Shown here one piece after another: positions 45,847-55,423 of a stretch of 64,000 nucleotides of DNA. The stretch's first letter is position 1; the number at the start of each line of letters is the position of its first letter. A model generated the notes under the pieces. It had not been told where the DNA came from and made no database searches. It saw only the letters and a list, made by a program, of their open reading frames with translations. The stretch is from positions 4,703 to 68,702 of the forward strand of contig JAZSHV010000034.1 in the NCBI GenBank assembly GCA_045533475.1, given 5' to 3'. The stretch is from Acutalibacteraceae bacterium (lineage in GTDB: Bacteria; Bacillota; Clostridia; Oscillospirales; Acutalibacteraceae). A program made the translations under genes and the position numbers.

Positions 45847-47401
45847 TGTCTTTTTTCACCTGTTTGCTAAGTTCTTTTTTGATTTTTTCTATTCTTTCAT
45901 TTTTAAAGCTAAAGCTTGATTTGTTAGATATTAGTCTTGCGCTTATAGGAACAATAGTATCAAACGGAGAAAGATTGTTTTCAAGTAAGGTTTTACCTGT
46001 TTCAACAATATCTACTATAACATCCGAAAGTCCCAAAATAGGCGCTATTTCTATTGAACCGTTAAGGTGTATAATATCAATATCGCGGCACTTTTCAGAA
46101 TAGAATTTACGGGCGATATTGGAAAATTTTGTAGCAACACGAAGTGTTTTTGATGTATCATCGCAAAAATCGTTTTTAGCTGCTACTGCCATACGGCATT
46201 TGCCGAGATTGAGGTCTAAAAGCTCGTATACATCGGGCTCGTACTCAAGCAAAATATCCTTGCCTGCTACACCTATATCTGCCGCGCCGCGTTCTACATA
46301 AATGGCTACATCCGACGGCTTAACCCAAAAATATCTAACGCCCTTTTCTTTGTTTTCGAAAATCAGCTTACGGTTGTTTTCCTTTATAGACGGACATTCG
46401 TAGCTTGCCGCCTCAAACATAGCGTAAACCTTTTCACCGAGTCTGCCCTTTGGTAAAGCCACATTAATCATACTGCCGTCATCGGTGTTGCTTACAGTAT
46501 CCTCAAGTCTTTCAAGGGTATCAAGGTAAACCGCAAAGCCTAATGCCTTAGAGCTTCTGCCCATACGCTTCATAAGCTTATCGTACTGACCGCCCGAAAG
46601 CACACGGGAAGAGATACCGTTTATATAACCCTTGAAAACTATTCCACTATAATATCCTGTAGCGCTAAGAATCGAGAAATCAATTTTAATATTATCTGCA
46701 TAACCTTTTTCTTTGAGGTGACAGCACACTGATTTAAGCTCCGAAAGGGCAAATAAAGACGTTTTACCTGATATTTCTTCAAGCTCCGAAATGGACTCTT
46801 CAAAGGATTTATAGCTTTTAATAAGTTTTTTTATTACTTTAAACTGTTCATCATTGCATAAAGCCTTTAAAGCGTCTCCGTTTTTTTCGGTTAAAGCCGA
46901 AAGAACTTCCTTGCGTTTGTCAATTCCGTATTCTTCAAAAAGAGCATCGACAAATCCAATGTGTGATAGCTGAAGAACAAAGCTCCCATTAATTACAGAA
47001 AGACTCGCTGCCGCAAGTAAAGAAACCTCTTTAACATCCTTTTCGGATATATCGCCTATGCACTCAAGACCAGTCTGCATAATCTCCTTATAGGTATACG
47101 AGCTTTCGGAAATGCGGTAAACATTTTCATTATAATAATAGCGCTCAACCGAATTTTCAATATCTTTTGAGTTCTTTATAATTGATAAAGTAACATCAGG
47201 CTTTAAGGCTAAAAGTTTTCCGTTAGTATCGTTAAAGGTTATAACACCGTCTGACACAAGAAAATCCTTATTTTTGGAATACAAATCATATTCCTCGAAT
47301 TTGCTCATCTTGAATTGACGGTAGCCTGCTTTACTGTAAAGCTCCCTTAAAGCAAATACTGCCTTTTCATCGTATTTAAGTATATTTTCATCAAATATCA
47401 T
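45839..47401 (-). CDS. hisZ/hisG: in-frame fusion of ATP phosphoribosyltransferase regulatory subunit (HisZ-like, aa 1-~300) and short-form catalytic HisG (aa 311-520)
   Basis: Single 520-aa ORF. The HisRS-like core ends ..GFAVYLDTLERL, followed by linker EDTVSNTDDGS, then MINVALPKGRLGEK...VGAGKDILLE-type HisG. The internal Met codon is at 46471-46469. Confidence 0.85.
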   Translation of the reverse strand: MIFDENILKYDEKAVFALRELYSKAGYRQFKMSKFEEYDLYSKNKDFLVSDGVITFNDTNGKLLALKPDVTLSIIKNSKDIENSVERYYYNENVYRISESSYTYKEIMQTGLECIGDISEKDVKEVSLLAAASLSVINGSFVLQLSHIGFVDALFEEYGIDKRKEVLSALTEKNGDALKALCNDEQFKVIKKLIKSYKSFEESISELEEISGKTSLFALSELKSVCCHLKEKGYADNIKIDFSILSATGYYSGIVFKGYINGISSRVLSGGQYDKLMKRMGRSSKALGFAVYLDTLERLEDTVSNTDDGSMINVALPKGRLGEKVYAMFEAASYECPSIKENNRKLIFENKEKGVRYFWVKPSDVAIYVERGAADIGVAGKDILLEYEPDVYELLDLNLGKCRMAVAAKNDFCDDTSKTLRVATKFSNIARKFYSEKCRDIDIIHLNGSIEIAPILGLSDVIVDIVETGKTLLENNLSPFDTIVPISARLISNKSSFSFKNERIEKIKKELSKQVKKDND

Positions 47402-47692
47402 TTAAGAGTTCTCCTTAATGCGCTCAATAGCTGTTTTGTAACCGCCGTCACCGTAATTAAGGCATTTACTTACCCTGCATATGGTTGCAGTGCTGGCACC
47501 GGTGGTTTTATTAATATCGTTATAGCTTTTTCCCTCGTCAAGCTGACAGGCAACCTCAAACCTCTGGGCTAAAGCCTCAAGCTCCTGAATGGTGCAAATA
47601 TCATCAAAAAAAACTTCACATTCCTCGGGGGTTTTTAGCGTGATTACAGCTTTATATAGCTTATCAAAATCGGGATTCGGTTTTTTATGCAT
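47402..47692 (-). CDS. YerC/YecD-type TrpR-family DNA-binding protein, first cistron of the his operon (candidate his regulator)
   Basis: Sequence CTIQELEALAQRFEVACQL..GKSYNDINKTTGASTATICRVSKCLNYG. I prefer ATG 47692 (GGAG 9 nt upstream) over 47713. Its stop abuts the hisZ/G start. Confidence 0.85.
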   Translation of the reverse strand: MHKKPNPDFDKLYKAVITLKTPEECEVFFDDICTIQELEALAQRFEVACQLDEGKSYNDINKTTGASTATICRVSKCLNYGDGGYKTAIERIKENS

Positions 47693-47748
47693 TTTAAGCT
47701 TCTCCTTTTGCATTAAAAACTATAATACTAATTCTTAGTGTTTCTGCA

Positions 47749-47777
47749 ATTTTACCACATCACCGCGCTAAAGTCAA
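47749..47777 (-). promoter_or_regulatory. sigma-A-type promoter of the yerC-like/his operon
   Basis: On the minus strand: TTGACT (47777-47772), 17-nt spacer, TAAAAT (47754-47749). The palindrome ACTAA-GAA-TTAGT lies downstream at 47739-47727. Confidence 0.5.
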
Positions 47778-47824
47778 GCAATTTTAAAGGCTTTTTTCTT
47801 CTAATACACAATTATATAAAATTA

Positions 47825-47853
47825 TTGCATAATCGGTACGGTTGTGGTATAAT
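47825..47853 (+). promoter_or_regulatory. sigma-A-type promoter (extended -10) for the 47872 gene
   Basis: TTGCAT (47825-47830), 17-nt spacer, TGG-TATAAT (47848-47853). Confidence 0.55.
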
Positions 47854-47871
47854 TTTTGTGTAAATTTATAT

Positions 47872-48291
47872 ATGAAATGGGGTATTGCTATTAAGCGAGA
47901 AAAAGTTTTGATTATAGGAATTCCTGTGGTTTTACTACTGCTCGAAATTTTGCCTTACGGAGTAGTACTGAATTTTGCCAATCCTGAGGGTGAACCGTTT
48001 AGAAGAACCTTTTCATTTTTCAGTATGGTGCCTTTTGGATATGCCGTATTCGGTCCGCTTATTACGGCGATTTTAAGCTGTGTGTTACTTCTTCTTTGTA
48101 TTGCTTTTTGCATTAAGGAAAGAAAAGGTATTTTATCAGCGATAACTGTTTTATCGGCAATTGCTTTAGTGTTGGCTGTTTCACCAATTGTTTACGGATT
48201 TAGATATGTAACACTATATAGCATAGCAATTTGGGTAGGCTTGATAGCTCTTTTAATCCTTTCTGTTTTAAAGCAAAGGAAATCCGCCTGA
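47872..48291 (+). CDS. hypothetical polytopic membrane protein
   Basis: Four hydrophobic segments. ATG 47872 lies only about 12 nt downstream of the predicted transcription start and has no Shine-Dalgarno, so this is a short-leader mRNA. The track start 47842 falls inside the promoter. Confidence 0.6.
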   Translation: MKWGIAIKREKVLIIGIPVVLLLLEILPYGVVLNFANPEGEPFRRTFSFFSMVPFGYAVFGPLITAILSCVLLLLCIAFCIKERKGILSAITVLSAIALVLAVSPIVYGFRYVTLYSIAIWVGLIALLILSVLKQRKSA

Positions 48292-48303
48292 AAAGGCGGA
48301 TTT
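48280..48303. terminator. bidirectional intrinsic terminator between the membrane-protein gene and feoB
   Basis: AAATCCGCC-TGAAAA-GGCGGATTT with flanking A/T runs. Confidence 0.7.
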
Positions 48304-48305
48304 AT

Positions 48306-50423
48306 TTAAAAAATAAGCTTTGATAGCATATTAATAACAAAGCATACCGTAATACCTAAAACGGTGGGGTATACTACAGAAACCGCAGTCCAGAAAAGGC
48401 TTTCGGTTTCTTTTTTTATTGTGAGAACGGTTGTTGAGCAGGGCCAATGAAAGAGGGAAAAGGTTATTGTACAAAGAGCGGTTATGGGAGTCCAACCGTT
48501 AGCTACAAGGATTTCTTTTATCTCACCGAGTGAACAAAGCTCGCTTAGACTGCCGTTTGAAAGATATGCCATAACAATAATTGGGAGAACAATTTCATTA
48601 GCGGGAAAGCCTAACACAAATGCCATAAGAATTACACCGTCAAGACCGATAAGGCTCCCAAACGGGTCAAGAAAATCGGCGCAAGCGTTAAGCAAAGTAG
48701 TATCTCCGATAGTTACATTCGCCATTATCCAGATTATTATTCCTGCCGGAATAGATACCGATAGCGCTCTGCCTAACACAAAGATTGTGCGGTCAAATAT
48801 TGAGCGAATAATTACCGAGCCTATTTTTGGCTTGCGATAGGGTGGCATTTCAAGTATATATGAAGAATTAACCCCTTTGAGCAGAGTTTTTGACAATAGC
48901 TTTGTAGAAAGCAAGGTTAATCCAATCGAAGCGAGGATAAAGGTGGTAAGGATTAATGCTGAGGTTATCGAGCCTATAAGTGAGCGGGCGGTTATGAAAA
49001 ACATTGAAATCAGGGCAATAATAGCGGGAAATCTGCCGTTACAGGGAACAAGACTGTTTGTTATTATTGCAAGCAGACGCTCACGCGGTGAATCAATGAT
49101 TCTGCCACCGATTACACCTGCCGCATTACAACCGAGCCCCATACACATAGTAAGCGCTTGCTTTCCGCAGCTGTTACACCGTTTAAAGGGCTTATCAAGA
49201 TTGTATGCTACTCTCGGCAGATAGCCTGAATCCTCAAGCAGAGTAAAAAGCGGGAAAAATATTGCCATAGGCGGAAGCATTACCGAAACAATCCAAGCAG
49301 GAACACGGTATATTCCCTCAATTAGTATACGGCGTAGAAGGTCGGGAGTATTTATTTGAATTAAAAATGTATTAAGTTGGGATTCTGAAAAATTAAAAAA
49401 ATCTGACAAAAAAGCAGAAATATAGTTTGCTCCCCAAACCGTAAGCCAAAAAATAAATAGCAGAAATAAAATCATAAGCAAAAAACCTGTTTTTTTGCCT
49501 GTGAAAAGCTTATCAAGACGGCGGTCGGTTAAATTGTAGCCCTCATAAGCCTTTTTTATAACCTTTTTACTAAGCTGTTCGGCGGCAATTATTACAGAAG
49601 AAGCGATTGTCTTTTCAATGCTTTCTTCTGTAAAACCATTGTCGAAAAGCTTTTCCCTTGCGGATTTTACAGTATCTGTAATTTCTTCGGTAGTGGCAGT
49701 TGGAACAACGGGTAGTGTTATATCGTAACCCGAAATGAGCTTTAACGCGGTTGCCCTTCGTTTGTAACGACTGTCAAAATAGGGGAGTAACGCATTTTCC
49801 GTTTCATTGACAGAATCCTCTATAAGCTTTGGATAGGTTATACTATAAACATTTTGCGGAGTTTGATTTATACTTTTATCCATTTGTGAAAGAAGCTTTT
49901 TAAGGCTCTTTTTATTTTTGGCTACAGTTCCTACAACAGGGACTCCTAATTCAAGGGATAACGCATCAAGGTCTGCTTTTATGCCCTTTCTTTCGGCTTC
50001 GTCAAGCAGATTTACACACACTATAACATTTTTTGTCACCTCAAGAATCTGGAGAGCTAAAACAAGGTTTCTTTGAAGACAGGTGGCATCGCAGACAACA
50101 ACTGTAAGCTTTGGAATACCCGAACATATAAAATCTCTCGCAATTTCTTCTTCAGGTGAATGGGTAAAAAGAGAGTATGTACCCGGTATATCCACAAGCA
50201 GAAAGTGGTTCTTTTTTGTGTGACAATAGCCTTGTGCAGTGGCAACCGTTTTTCCGGGCCAGTTTCCTGTGTGCTGTCTCATTCCTGTGAGGGCATTAAA
50301 GAGGGTACTTTTTCCCACATTTGGATTGCCTGCTATTGCAACTATTTTGTCGTCAGGCTTGCACTTTACAGAAAAGGGCTCGTTTGTAAGGGCTGCTCCT
50401 GTTGAGCTTACGGTGAGGCCCAT
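48306..50423 (-). CDS. feoB: ferrous iron transporter FeoB
   Basis: N-terminal G-domain GNPNVGKSTLFNALTG and DIPGTYS, followed by a polytopic permease. Confidence 0.96.
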   Translation of the reverse strand: MGLTVSSTGAALTNEPFSVKCKPDDKIVAIAGNPNVGKSTLFNALTGMRQHTGNWPGKTVATAQGYCHTKKNHFLLVDIPGTYSLFTHSPEEEIARDFICSGIPKLTVVVCDATCLQRNLVLALQILEVTKNVIVCVNLLDEAERKGIKADLDALSLELGVPVVGTVAKNKKSLKKLLSQMDKSINQTPQNVYSITYPKLIEDSVNETENALLPYFDSRYKRRATALKLISGYDITLPVVPTATTEEITDTVKSAREKLFDNGFTEESIEKTIASSVIIAAEQLSKKVIKKAYEGYNLTDRRLDKLFTGKKTGFLLMILFLLFIFWLTVWGANYISAFLSDFFNFSESQLNTFLIQINTPDLLRRILIEGIYRVPAWIVSVMLPPMAIFFPLFTLLEDSGYLPRVAYNLDKPFKRCNSCGKQALTMCMGLGCNAAGVIGGRIIDSPRERLLAIITNSLVPCNGRFPAIIALISMFFITARSLIGSITSALILTTFILASIGLTLLSTKLLSKTLLKGVNSSYILEMPPYRKPKIGSVIIRSIFDRTIFVLGRALSVSIPAGIIIWIMANVTIGDTTLLNACADFLDPFGSLIGLDGVILMAFVLGFPANEIVLPIIVMAYLSNGSLSELCSLGEIKEILVANGWTPITALCTITFSLFHWPCSTTVLTIKKETESLFWTAVSVVYPTVLGITVCFVINMLSKLIF

Positions 50424-50657
50424 TTAGTCCACCTGCCTTATAAGAATTTTATTGCAATCCTCACTGCGTATTGCTATAACGGCATCTCTAATAAGATATG
50501 CTTTCGGGTCTAATGCAGGACTTGCCCCAACACATCTCACAAGGGTGTTTTCTATAAGACCTATATCGCAAAAGCGTCTAAGCATATCAGGCTTTGCAGA
50601 TACATTTTCTATTACACAAGCTTCTTCAGGCATAAGCTCGTTAAGATATTTTTTCAT
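50424..50657 (-). CDS. feoA: FeoA family iron transport protein
   Basis: 77 aa with sequence LRRFCDIGLIENTLVRCV..AIRSEDCNKILI. It abuts the feoB start. Confidence 0.88.
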   Translation of the reverse strand: MKKYLNELMPEEACVIENVSAKPDMLRRFCDIGLIENTLVRCVGASPALDPKAYLIRDAVIAIRSEDCNKILIRQVD

Positions 50658-50740
50658 CCTTTCACAACCTTTGTCATTTCTTCTTACAACAGTTTATTCT
50701 GTAGGACTTAAAGGGTTACAGCAAAAAAATAAAAAAATGC

Positions 50741-50769
50741 TTGCAAAAATGGGGGAAAGGTGATAGAAT
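50741..50769 (+). promoter_or_regulatory. sigma-A-type promoter of the pheST T-box leader
   Basis: TTGCAA (50741-50746), 17-nt spacer, TAGAAT (50764-50769). Confidence 0.55.
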
Positions 50770-50774
50770 ATTCT

Positions 50775-51043
50775 TGTTAAAATGCGGTGATAAAGAAAAG
50801 TAGGCTTAATTGAGCTTTGAAGAGAGTGTCCGTCAGGGCTGTAAACGGATGCAGGTAATTTAGGCTGAAGTTCCCTTTTGAGCAGCAGCGCTGAAACGGT
50901 TTTCGGATTAGGTGCTGACGGGTGAGCCCGTTATAGGTCGCAAGAGTGTTGGCTCTTTGAGCTTGAAAACGGGTGGTACCGCGGAGATTATTTTACTTCG
51001 TCCTGTTATGGTTTTCCATAGTGGGAGCGGAGTTATTTTTTTA
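50775..51043 (+). promoter_or_regulatory. T-box riboswitch leader upstream of pheS (putative specifier UUC)
   Basis: AGAGAG at 50821, T-box sequence AAACGGGTGGTACCGCGG (50967-50984), and a terminator hairpin plus T-run at 50995-51043. UUC at 50871-50873 sits in a GAAG-UUC-C context, so the specifier assignment is tentative. Confidence 0.85.
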
Positions 51044-51059
51044 TTGGAGGAAATGCAAA

Positions 51060-52079
51060 ATGAAAGAAAAGCTACAGGCTTTAAGCGCTGAAGCAAGAGA
51101 GGCTGTTCTTGCCTCGAATACTGAAGCCGAAATTGAAAATTTAAGGGTTAAATATTTAGGTAAGAAGGGTGAACTTACTGCTATTTTAAAGCAGATGGGT
51201 TCGCTTTCACCTGAGGAGCGTCCTGTTATGGGACTGCTTGTTAATGAAGCAAAGCAGCAGTTGGAGGAGCTTATTTCTGTCAAAAAGGAAGAGCTTAAAA
51301 AGGCGGGGGTTGAAAAGCAGCTTAAGGATGAAACAATTGACATTACTATGCCTGCAAAAACCGTTAAGGCAGGTAAGCTTCATCCGCTTAATACCGTGCT
51401 TGACGATATGATTAATATTTTCCAGTCGATGGGCTTTGATGTTGTAGACGGACCTGAGGTTGAAACCGACCACTATAATTTTGAATGTCTTAATGTTCCT
51501 GCCGACCACCCTGCAAGAGATATGCAGGATACTTTCTATCTTGCTGAGAATCTTCTGCTCAGAACGCAGACCTCTGCGGCTCAGATTCGTACGATGGAGA
51601 CAAGAAAACCGCCTATCCGCGTAATTTGTCCGGGTAGAGTTTTCCGTGCTGACGAGGTAGATGCTACCCATTCACCTGTTTTCCATCAGATTGAGGGACT
51701 TGTGGTTGATAAGGGCGTTACAATGTGCGACCTTAAGGGTGTACTCGAAGAATTTGCACACGAAATTTACGGTAGTGATACAAAGGTTAAATTCCGTCCC
51801 TCATTCTTCCCGTTCACAGAGCCGTCGGTTGAGGTGGATGTTACCTGTTCTGAATGCGGCGGTAAGGGCTGTAGAGTATGTAAGGGTAGCGGCTGGATTG
51901 AAATTTTGGGTGCAGGTATGGTGCATCCTAATGTTCTCAGAAGCTGCGGTATTGACCCTGAGGAATATTCAGGCTTTGCTTTTGGTATAGGTCTTGACCG
52001 TCTGACAACCACACGCTATAAGATAAGCGATATCCGTCTTTTATTCGAAAACGACAAGCGTTTTCTTGACCAGTTTTAA
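51060..52079 (+). CDS. pheS: phenylalanine--tRNA ligase alpha subunit
   Basis: Class II motifs ([30 protein letters not shown]). Start reset to ATG 51060 after GGAGG. The track start 50973 lies inside the T-box. Confidence 0.96.
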   Translation: MKEKLQALSAEAREAVLASNTEAEIENLRVKYLGKKGELTAILKQMGSLSPEERPVMGLLVNEAKQQLEELISVKKEELKKAGVEKQLKDETIDITMPAKTVKAGKLHPLNTVLDDMINIFQSMGFDVVDGPEVETDHYNFECLNVPADHPARDMQDTFYLAENLLLRTQTSAAQIRTMETRKPPIRVICPGRVFRADEVDATHSPVFHQIEGLVVDKGVTMCDLKGVLEEFAHEIYGSDTKVKFRPSFFPFTEPSVEVDVTCSECGGKGCRVCKGSGWIEILGAGMVHPNVLRSCGIDPEEYSGFAFGIGLDRLTTTRYKISDIRLLFENDKRFLDQF

Positions 52080-52104
52080 TTAGCGGGAACAGGAGGAAAA
52101 AACA

Positions 52105-54495
52105 ATGAAAATTTCACTTAAAGCATTAAAATATTATGTTGATATAAATGTTCCCGTTGAGGAGCTTTGCGACCGTATGGTTATGGCAGGATTTGAGGTT
52201 GAGAGCATTGAAAAGCAGGGTGATAATCTTGTTAATGTTGTGGTAGCTCGCATTGCAGAGCTTGCACCTCACGAAAACAGCGACCATCTTCAGATTTGCC
52301 AAATGGATATTGGCAAGGGCGAGCTTGTGCAGATTGTAACAGGTGCTCAGAATATTAAGGTTGGTGACCTTGTGCCTGCTGCTTTGGATGACAGCTATCT
52401 GCCTAACGGTATGCATATTGTAAGCGGTAAGCTTCGCGGTGTCGAGTCACACGGTATGCTCTGCTCAGGCGAGGAGCTTTGTCTTACCGAGGCTGATTAT
52501 GAGGGAGCATCGGTCAACGGAATTCTTATTCTTAAAGATACTCACCCTGTGGGAACCGATATGCGTGAGGTTTTGGGACTTGACGATTATATAATTGATT
52601 TCAAGATTACTGCAAACCGTCCTGACTGCAACTGCTTCTTGGGTGTTGCAAAGGAAATAGGCGTTGTTCTCGGCACTAAGTTTAATGCGCCTATTCCTGA
52701 GTATAAAACCGTTGGCGGTGATATAAAGGATTATATTGACATTGAGGTTCAGAATTATGACCTTTGTCCGAGATATGTGGGAAGGGTTGTTAAAAACCTT
52801 AGAATAAAGGAATCTCCTGTTTGGATGCAAAAAGCACTTATAGCTTCGGGTATGCGTCCTATAAACAATATTGTTGACATTACAAATTTCGTAATGCTTG
52901 AAACAGGTCAGCCCTTACACGCCTTTAATTATAATGATTTGGCTGATAAGAAGATAATTGTCCGCAATGCAAATGAGGGTGAGAGCATCACCACTCTTGA
53001 CGGTAAGGAGTATGCGCTTAGACCCGATATGCTTGTTATTGCAGACGGTGAAAAGCCATCCTGTCTTGCAGGTATTATGGGCGGTAAGGAAAGCGAGATT
53101 GAAGACGATACCAAGGATTTATTCCTTGAGGCTGCAAAGTTCCGTCGTGATAATGTCCGCCATACAGGCAGAGCGCTCGGTATCCGCACAGAAGCAAGCG
53201 GAAGATTTGAACGCGGTGTTGACATTGTGAATGTTGAGTATGCTTCTGAGCGTGCGCTACAGCTTATATATGACCTTGATGCAGGTGATATTATTGACGG
53301 TGCTATTGACTGTAACGAGAGCTTACCTGAGGACAGAATTATAACCGTTACAACCGATAAAATAATGGAGCTTATCGGTGTTGAGGTTGAGGATGAGAGA
53401 ATAGTTTCAATCCTTAATTCACTCGGACTTCCCACCACTATAAACGGTAAGGAAATAACCTGTAGAGTACCGTCTATCCGCGATGATATTGAGGGAAGAG
53501 CAGACCTTGCAGAAGAGGTAATGCGTATTTACGGTTACGACCATATTATCGGGACTCCTATGCGCGGTACTGTTATGCGCGGTAAGCTTTTGCCTGAACG
53601 CATTAAGACCGATAAAATCAAAAAGGTGCTTAACGGAGCCGGCGCATATGAAATTGCAACCTATTCGTTTATAAGCTCTAAGGTTATTGATACGCTAAAG
53701 CTTGCTGAGGACGATGAGCGCAGAAATCAGATTAGAATTATCAATCCTTTGGGCGACGAGTATTCTACAATGCGTACTCAGCTTACAACAAGTATGCTTA
53801 CGGTTCTTGCCACAAACATTAATAAAAAGATAGAGGACGGAAGATTCTTTGAAATAAGCAAGAGATTTATTCCGAAGTCTCTCCCTGTAACAGAGCAACC
53901 TGATGAGCTTGCTACGATGTCTATTGGTATATATGGAGAAGATGAGGATTTCTTCACTCTTAAGGGACTTATTGAGGCAGTTTGCAAGGTATTTGGTGCG
54001 CATACACAGTATGTTAGAAGTAATGAGCCATATCTCCATCCCGGAAGACAGGCGCTTATTAAGGCTAATAATAAGGATATTGGTGTTTTCGGTGAGGTAC
54101 ATCCATCGGTTGCCGCTGAGTATGGCATTGAGCAGAGGGTATATGTTGCCGAAATTAAGCTTGATGTTCTCCTCACAATTGAAAAACGCAAGACAACCTA
54201 TAAGGCATTGCCGAAATTCCCCGCAGTTGAGCGCGATTTTGCTATGCTCGTTAACGCAGATGTTCCTGTTGGAGATATAGAAAAGGCTATTTCTTCAGGC
54301 GCGGGCAGATTACTTGAAAAGCTTAGTCTTTTCGATGTTTATCAGGGCGCACAGATACCTGAGGGTAAAAAGAGCGTGGCTTACAGCGTGGCGCTTCGGT
54401 CGGCAGATTGCACCCTTAGCGACAAGGAGATAGAAGAAATAAGCGGAAAAATCATTAAAAAGCTTGAAAATATCGGTGCAGAGCTGAGAAAATAA
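52105..54495 (+). CDS. pheT: phenylalanine--tRNA ligase beta subunit
   Basis: 796 aa with a tRNA-binding domain, B3/4, B5 and FDX-ACB C-terminus. Confidence 0.96.
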   Translation: MKISLKALKYYVDINVPVEELCDRMVMAGFEVESIEKQGDNLVNVVVARIAELAPHENSDHLQICQMDIGKGELVQIVTGAQNIKVGDLVPAALDDSYLPNGMHIVSGKLRGVESHGMLCSGEELCLTEADYEGASVNGILILKDTHPVGTDMREVLGLDDYIIDFKITANRPDCNCFLGVAKEIGVVLGTKFNAPIPEYKTVGGDIKDYIDIEVQNYDLCPRYVGRVVKNLRIKESPVWMQKALIASGMRPINNIVDITNFVMLETGQPLHAFNYNDLADKKIIVRNANEGESITTLDGKEYALRPDMLVIADGEKPSCLAGIMGGKESEIEDDTKDLFLEAAKFRRDNVRHTGRALGIRTEASGRFERGVDIVNVEYASERALQLIYDLDAGDIIDGAIDCNESLPEDRIITVTTDKIMELIGVEVEDERIVSILNSLGLPTTINGKEITCRVPSIRDDIEGRADLAEEVMRIYGYDHIIGTPMRGTVMRGKLLPERIKTDKIKKVLNGAGAYEIATYSFISSKVIDTLKLAEDDERRNQIRIINPLGDEYSTMRTQLTTSMLTVLATNINKKIEDGRFFEISKRFIPKSLPVTEQPDELATMSIGIYGEDEDFFTLKGLIEAVCKVFGAHTQYVRSNEPYLHPGRQALIKANNKDIGVFGEVHPSVAAEYGIEQRVYVAEIKLDVLLTIEKRKTTYKALPKFPAVERDFAMLVNADVPVGDIEKAISSGAGRLLEKLSLFDVYQGAQIPEGKKSVAYSVALRSADCTLSDKEIEEISGKIIKKLENIGAELRK

Positions 54496-54525
54496 AGAAA
54501 AATATTAAACTTAATAAAATAATAC

Positions 54526-54554
54526 TTGCACTTTCGGTTGTTTCAGTATAAAAT
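54526..54554 (+). promoter_or_regulatory. sigma-A-type promoter for ireB
   Basis: TTGCAC (54526-54531), 17-nt spacer, TAAAAT (54549-54554). Confidence 0.5.
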
Positions 54555-54586
54555 AATAGTTAGAGATAATAAGCGAGGTGTTATTT

Positions 54587-54832
54587 ATGAATAACAATAC
54601 AATTACCTTTTCAATAGGCGACCAAACAGAGCAGGAAATCAGAAATATTCTTGTTTCGGTTTATGATGCGCTTAAAGAAAAAGGGTATAATCCGATTAAC
54701 CAGATAGTGGGGTACATTTTGTCTGAAGACCCTACCTATATCACAACTCATAATAATGCCCGCAATCTTATTCGCCGTATTGATAGGGACACTCTTTTGC
54801 AGTCTCTTGTTAAGTATTATTTAAGTGCATAA
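54587..54832 (+). CDS. ireB: IreB family regulatory phosphoprotein (UPF0297)
   Basis: Sequence [44 protein letters not shown]. Start at ATG 54587. Confidence 0.9.
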   Translation: MNNNTITFSIGDQTEQEIRNILVSVYDALKEKGYNPINQIVGYILSEDPTYITTHNNARNLIRRIDRDTLLQSLVKYYLSA

Positions 54833-54837
54833 TCAAG

Positions 54838-54870
54838 TGCTCCCGTAATTTAGCGGGAGCATTTATTTTT
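54838..54870 (+). terminator. intrinsic terminator after ireB
   Basis: TGCTCCCG-TAATTTAG-CGGGAGCA followed by TTTATTTTT. Confidence 0.75.
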
Positions 54871-54884
54871 AAAGAAGAGTTAAT

Positions 54885-55361
54885 ATGAGATTATTATTTA
54901 AGCAGAGATTATTTTCGTGGTTTGACAGTTATGATATTTTTAATGAGGCAGGTGAGACGGTTTATACCGTTAAGGGTAAGCTTTCGTGGGGGCACTGCCT
55001 TAAGATATATGATTCTGTTGGAATGGAAATAGGTACGGTTAAGGAAAAGCTTTTTACCTTTCTTCCTAAATTCGAATTGTATTTCGGGGAGCAGTATGTA
55101 GGCTGTATTGCAAAGGAGTTTTCTTTCTTCAGACCGAGGTACAATATTGATTGTAACGGTTGGAGTGTTGAGGGTAATTTCTTCGAGTGGGATTACAATA
55201 TTTTAGGTGATACAGGACTTTGTGTTGCCAATATTTCAAAACAGCTTTTCAATTGGACCGATACATATGTTATAGATGTTTATGATGAGCAGGATGCTTT
55301 GATGGCTTTAATGCTTGTATTGGCAATAGATGCAGAAAAGTGCTCGCGTAATAATAATTAA
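54885..55361 (+). CDS. LURP-one-related (LOR/DUF567, tubby C-terminal-like) protein
   Basis: Sequence FSWFDSYDIFNEAGETVYTVKGK...NWTDTYVIDV, and a size typical of bacterial LOR proteins. Confidence 0.75.
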   Translation: MRLLFKQRLFSWFDSYDIFNEAGETVYTVKGKLSWGHCLKIYDSVGMEIGTVKEKLFTFLPKFELYFGEQYVGCIAKEFSFFRPRYNIDCNGWSVEGNFFEWDYNILGDTGLCVANISKQLFNWTDTYVIDVYDEQDALMALMLVLAIDAEKCSRNNN

Positions 55362-55423
55362 AAGGTAACGCAGAGATTAACACTCAAATTAAATGGGCAT
55401 AATAGTTTGGGTGATGAATTATT

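Noticed and set aside
50761-50779. TGATAGAATATTCTTGTTA; considered as a Fur box for the divergent feoAB operon.
   Set aside because: It is only a partial match to the 7-1-7 Fur consensus, it coincides with the -10 of the pheS T-box promoter, and it lies more than 100 nt from the feoA start. I found no better Fur-like site between 50658 and 50740.
50973-51059. N-terminal 29-codon extension of pheS in the ORF track, with similar extensions for glnN (57289), the kinase-like gene (18797), rimP (20635), nusA (21201), galE (35831) and nnr (2137).
   Set aside because: These extensions start at TTG/GTG codons that fall inside promoter -35 hexamers or riboswitch leaders. Downstream in-frame starts have proper Shine-Dalgarno sequences and give N-termini that match the protein families.
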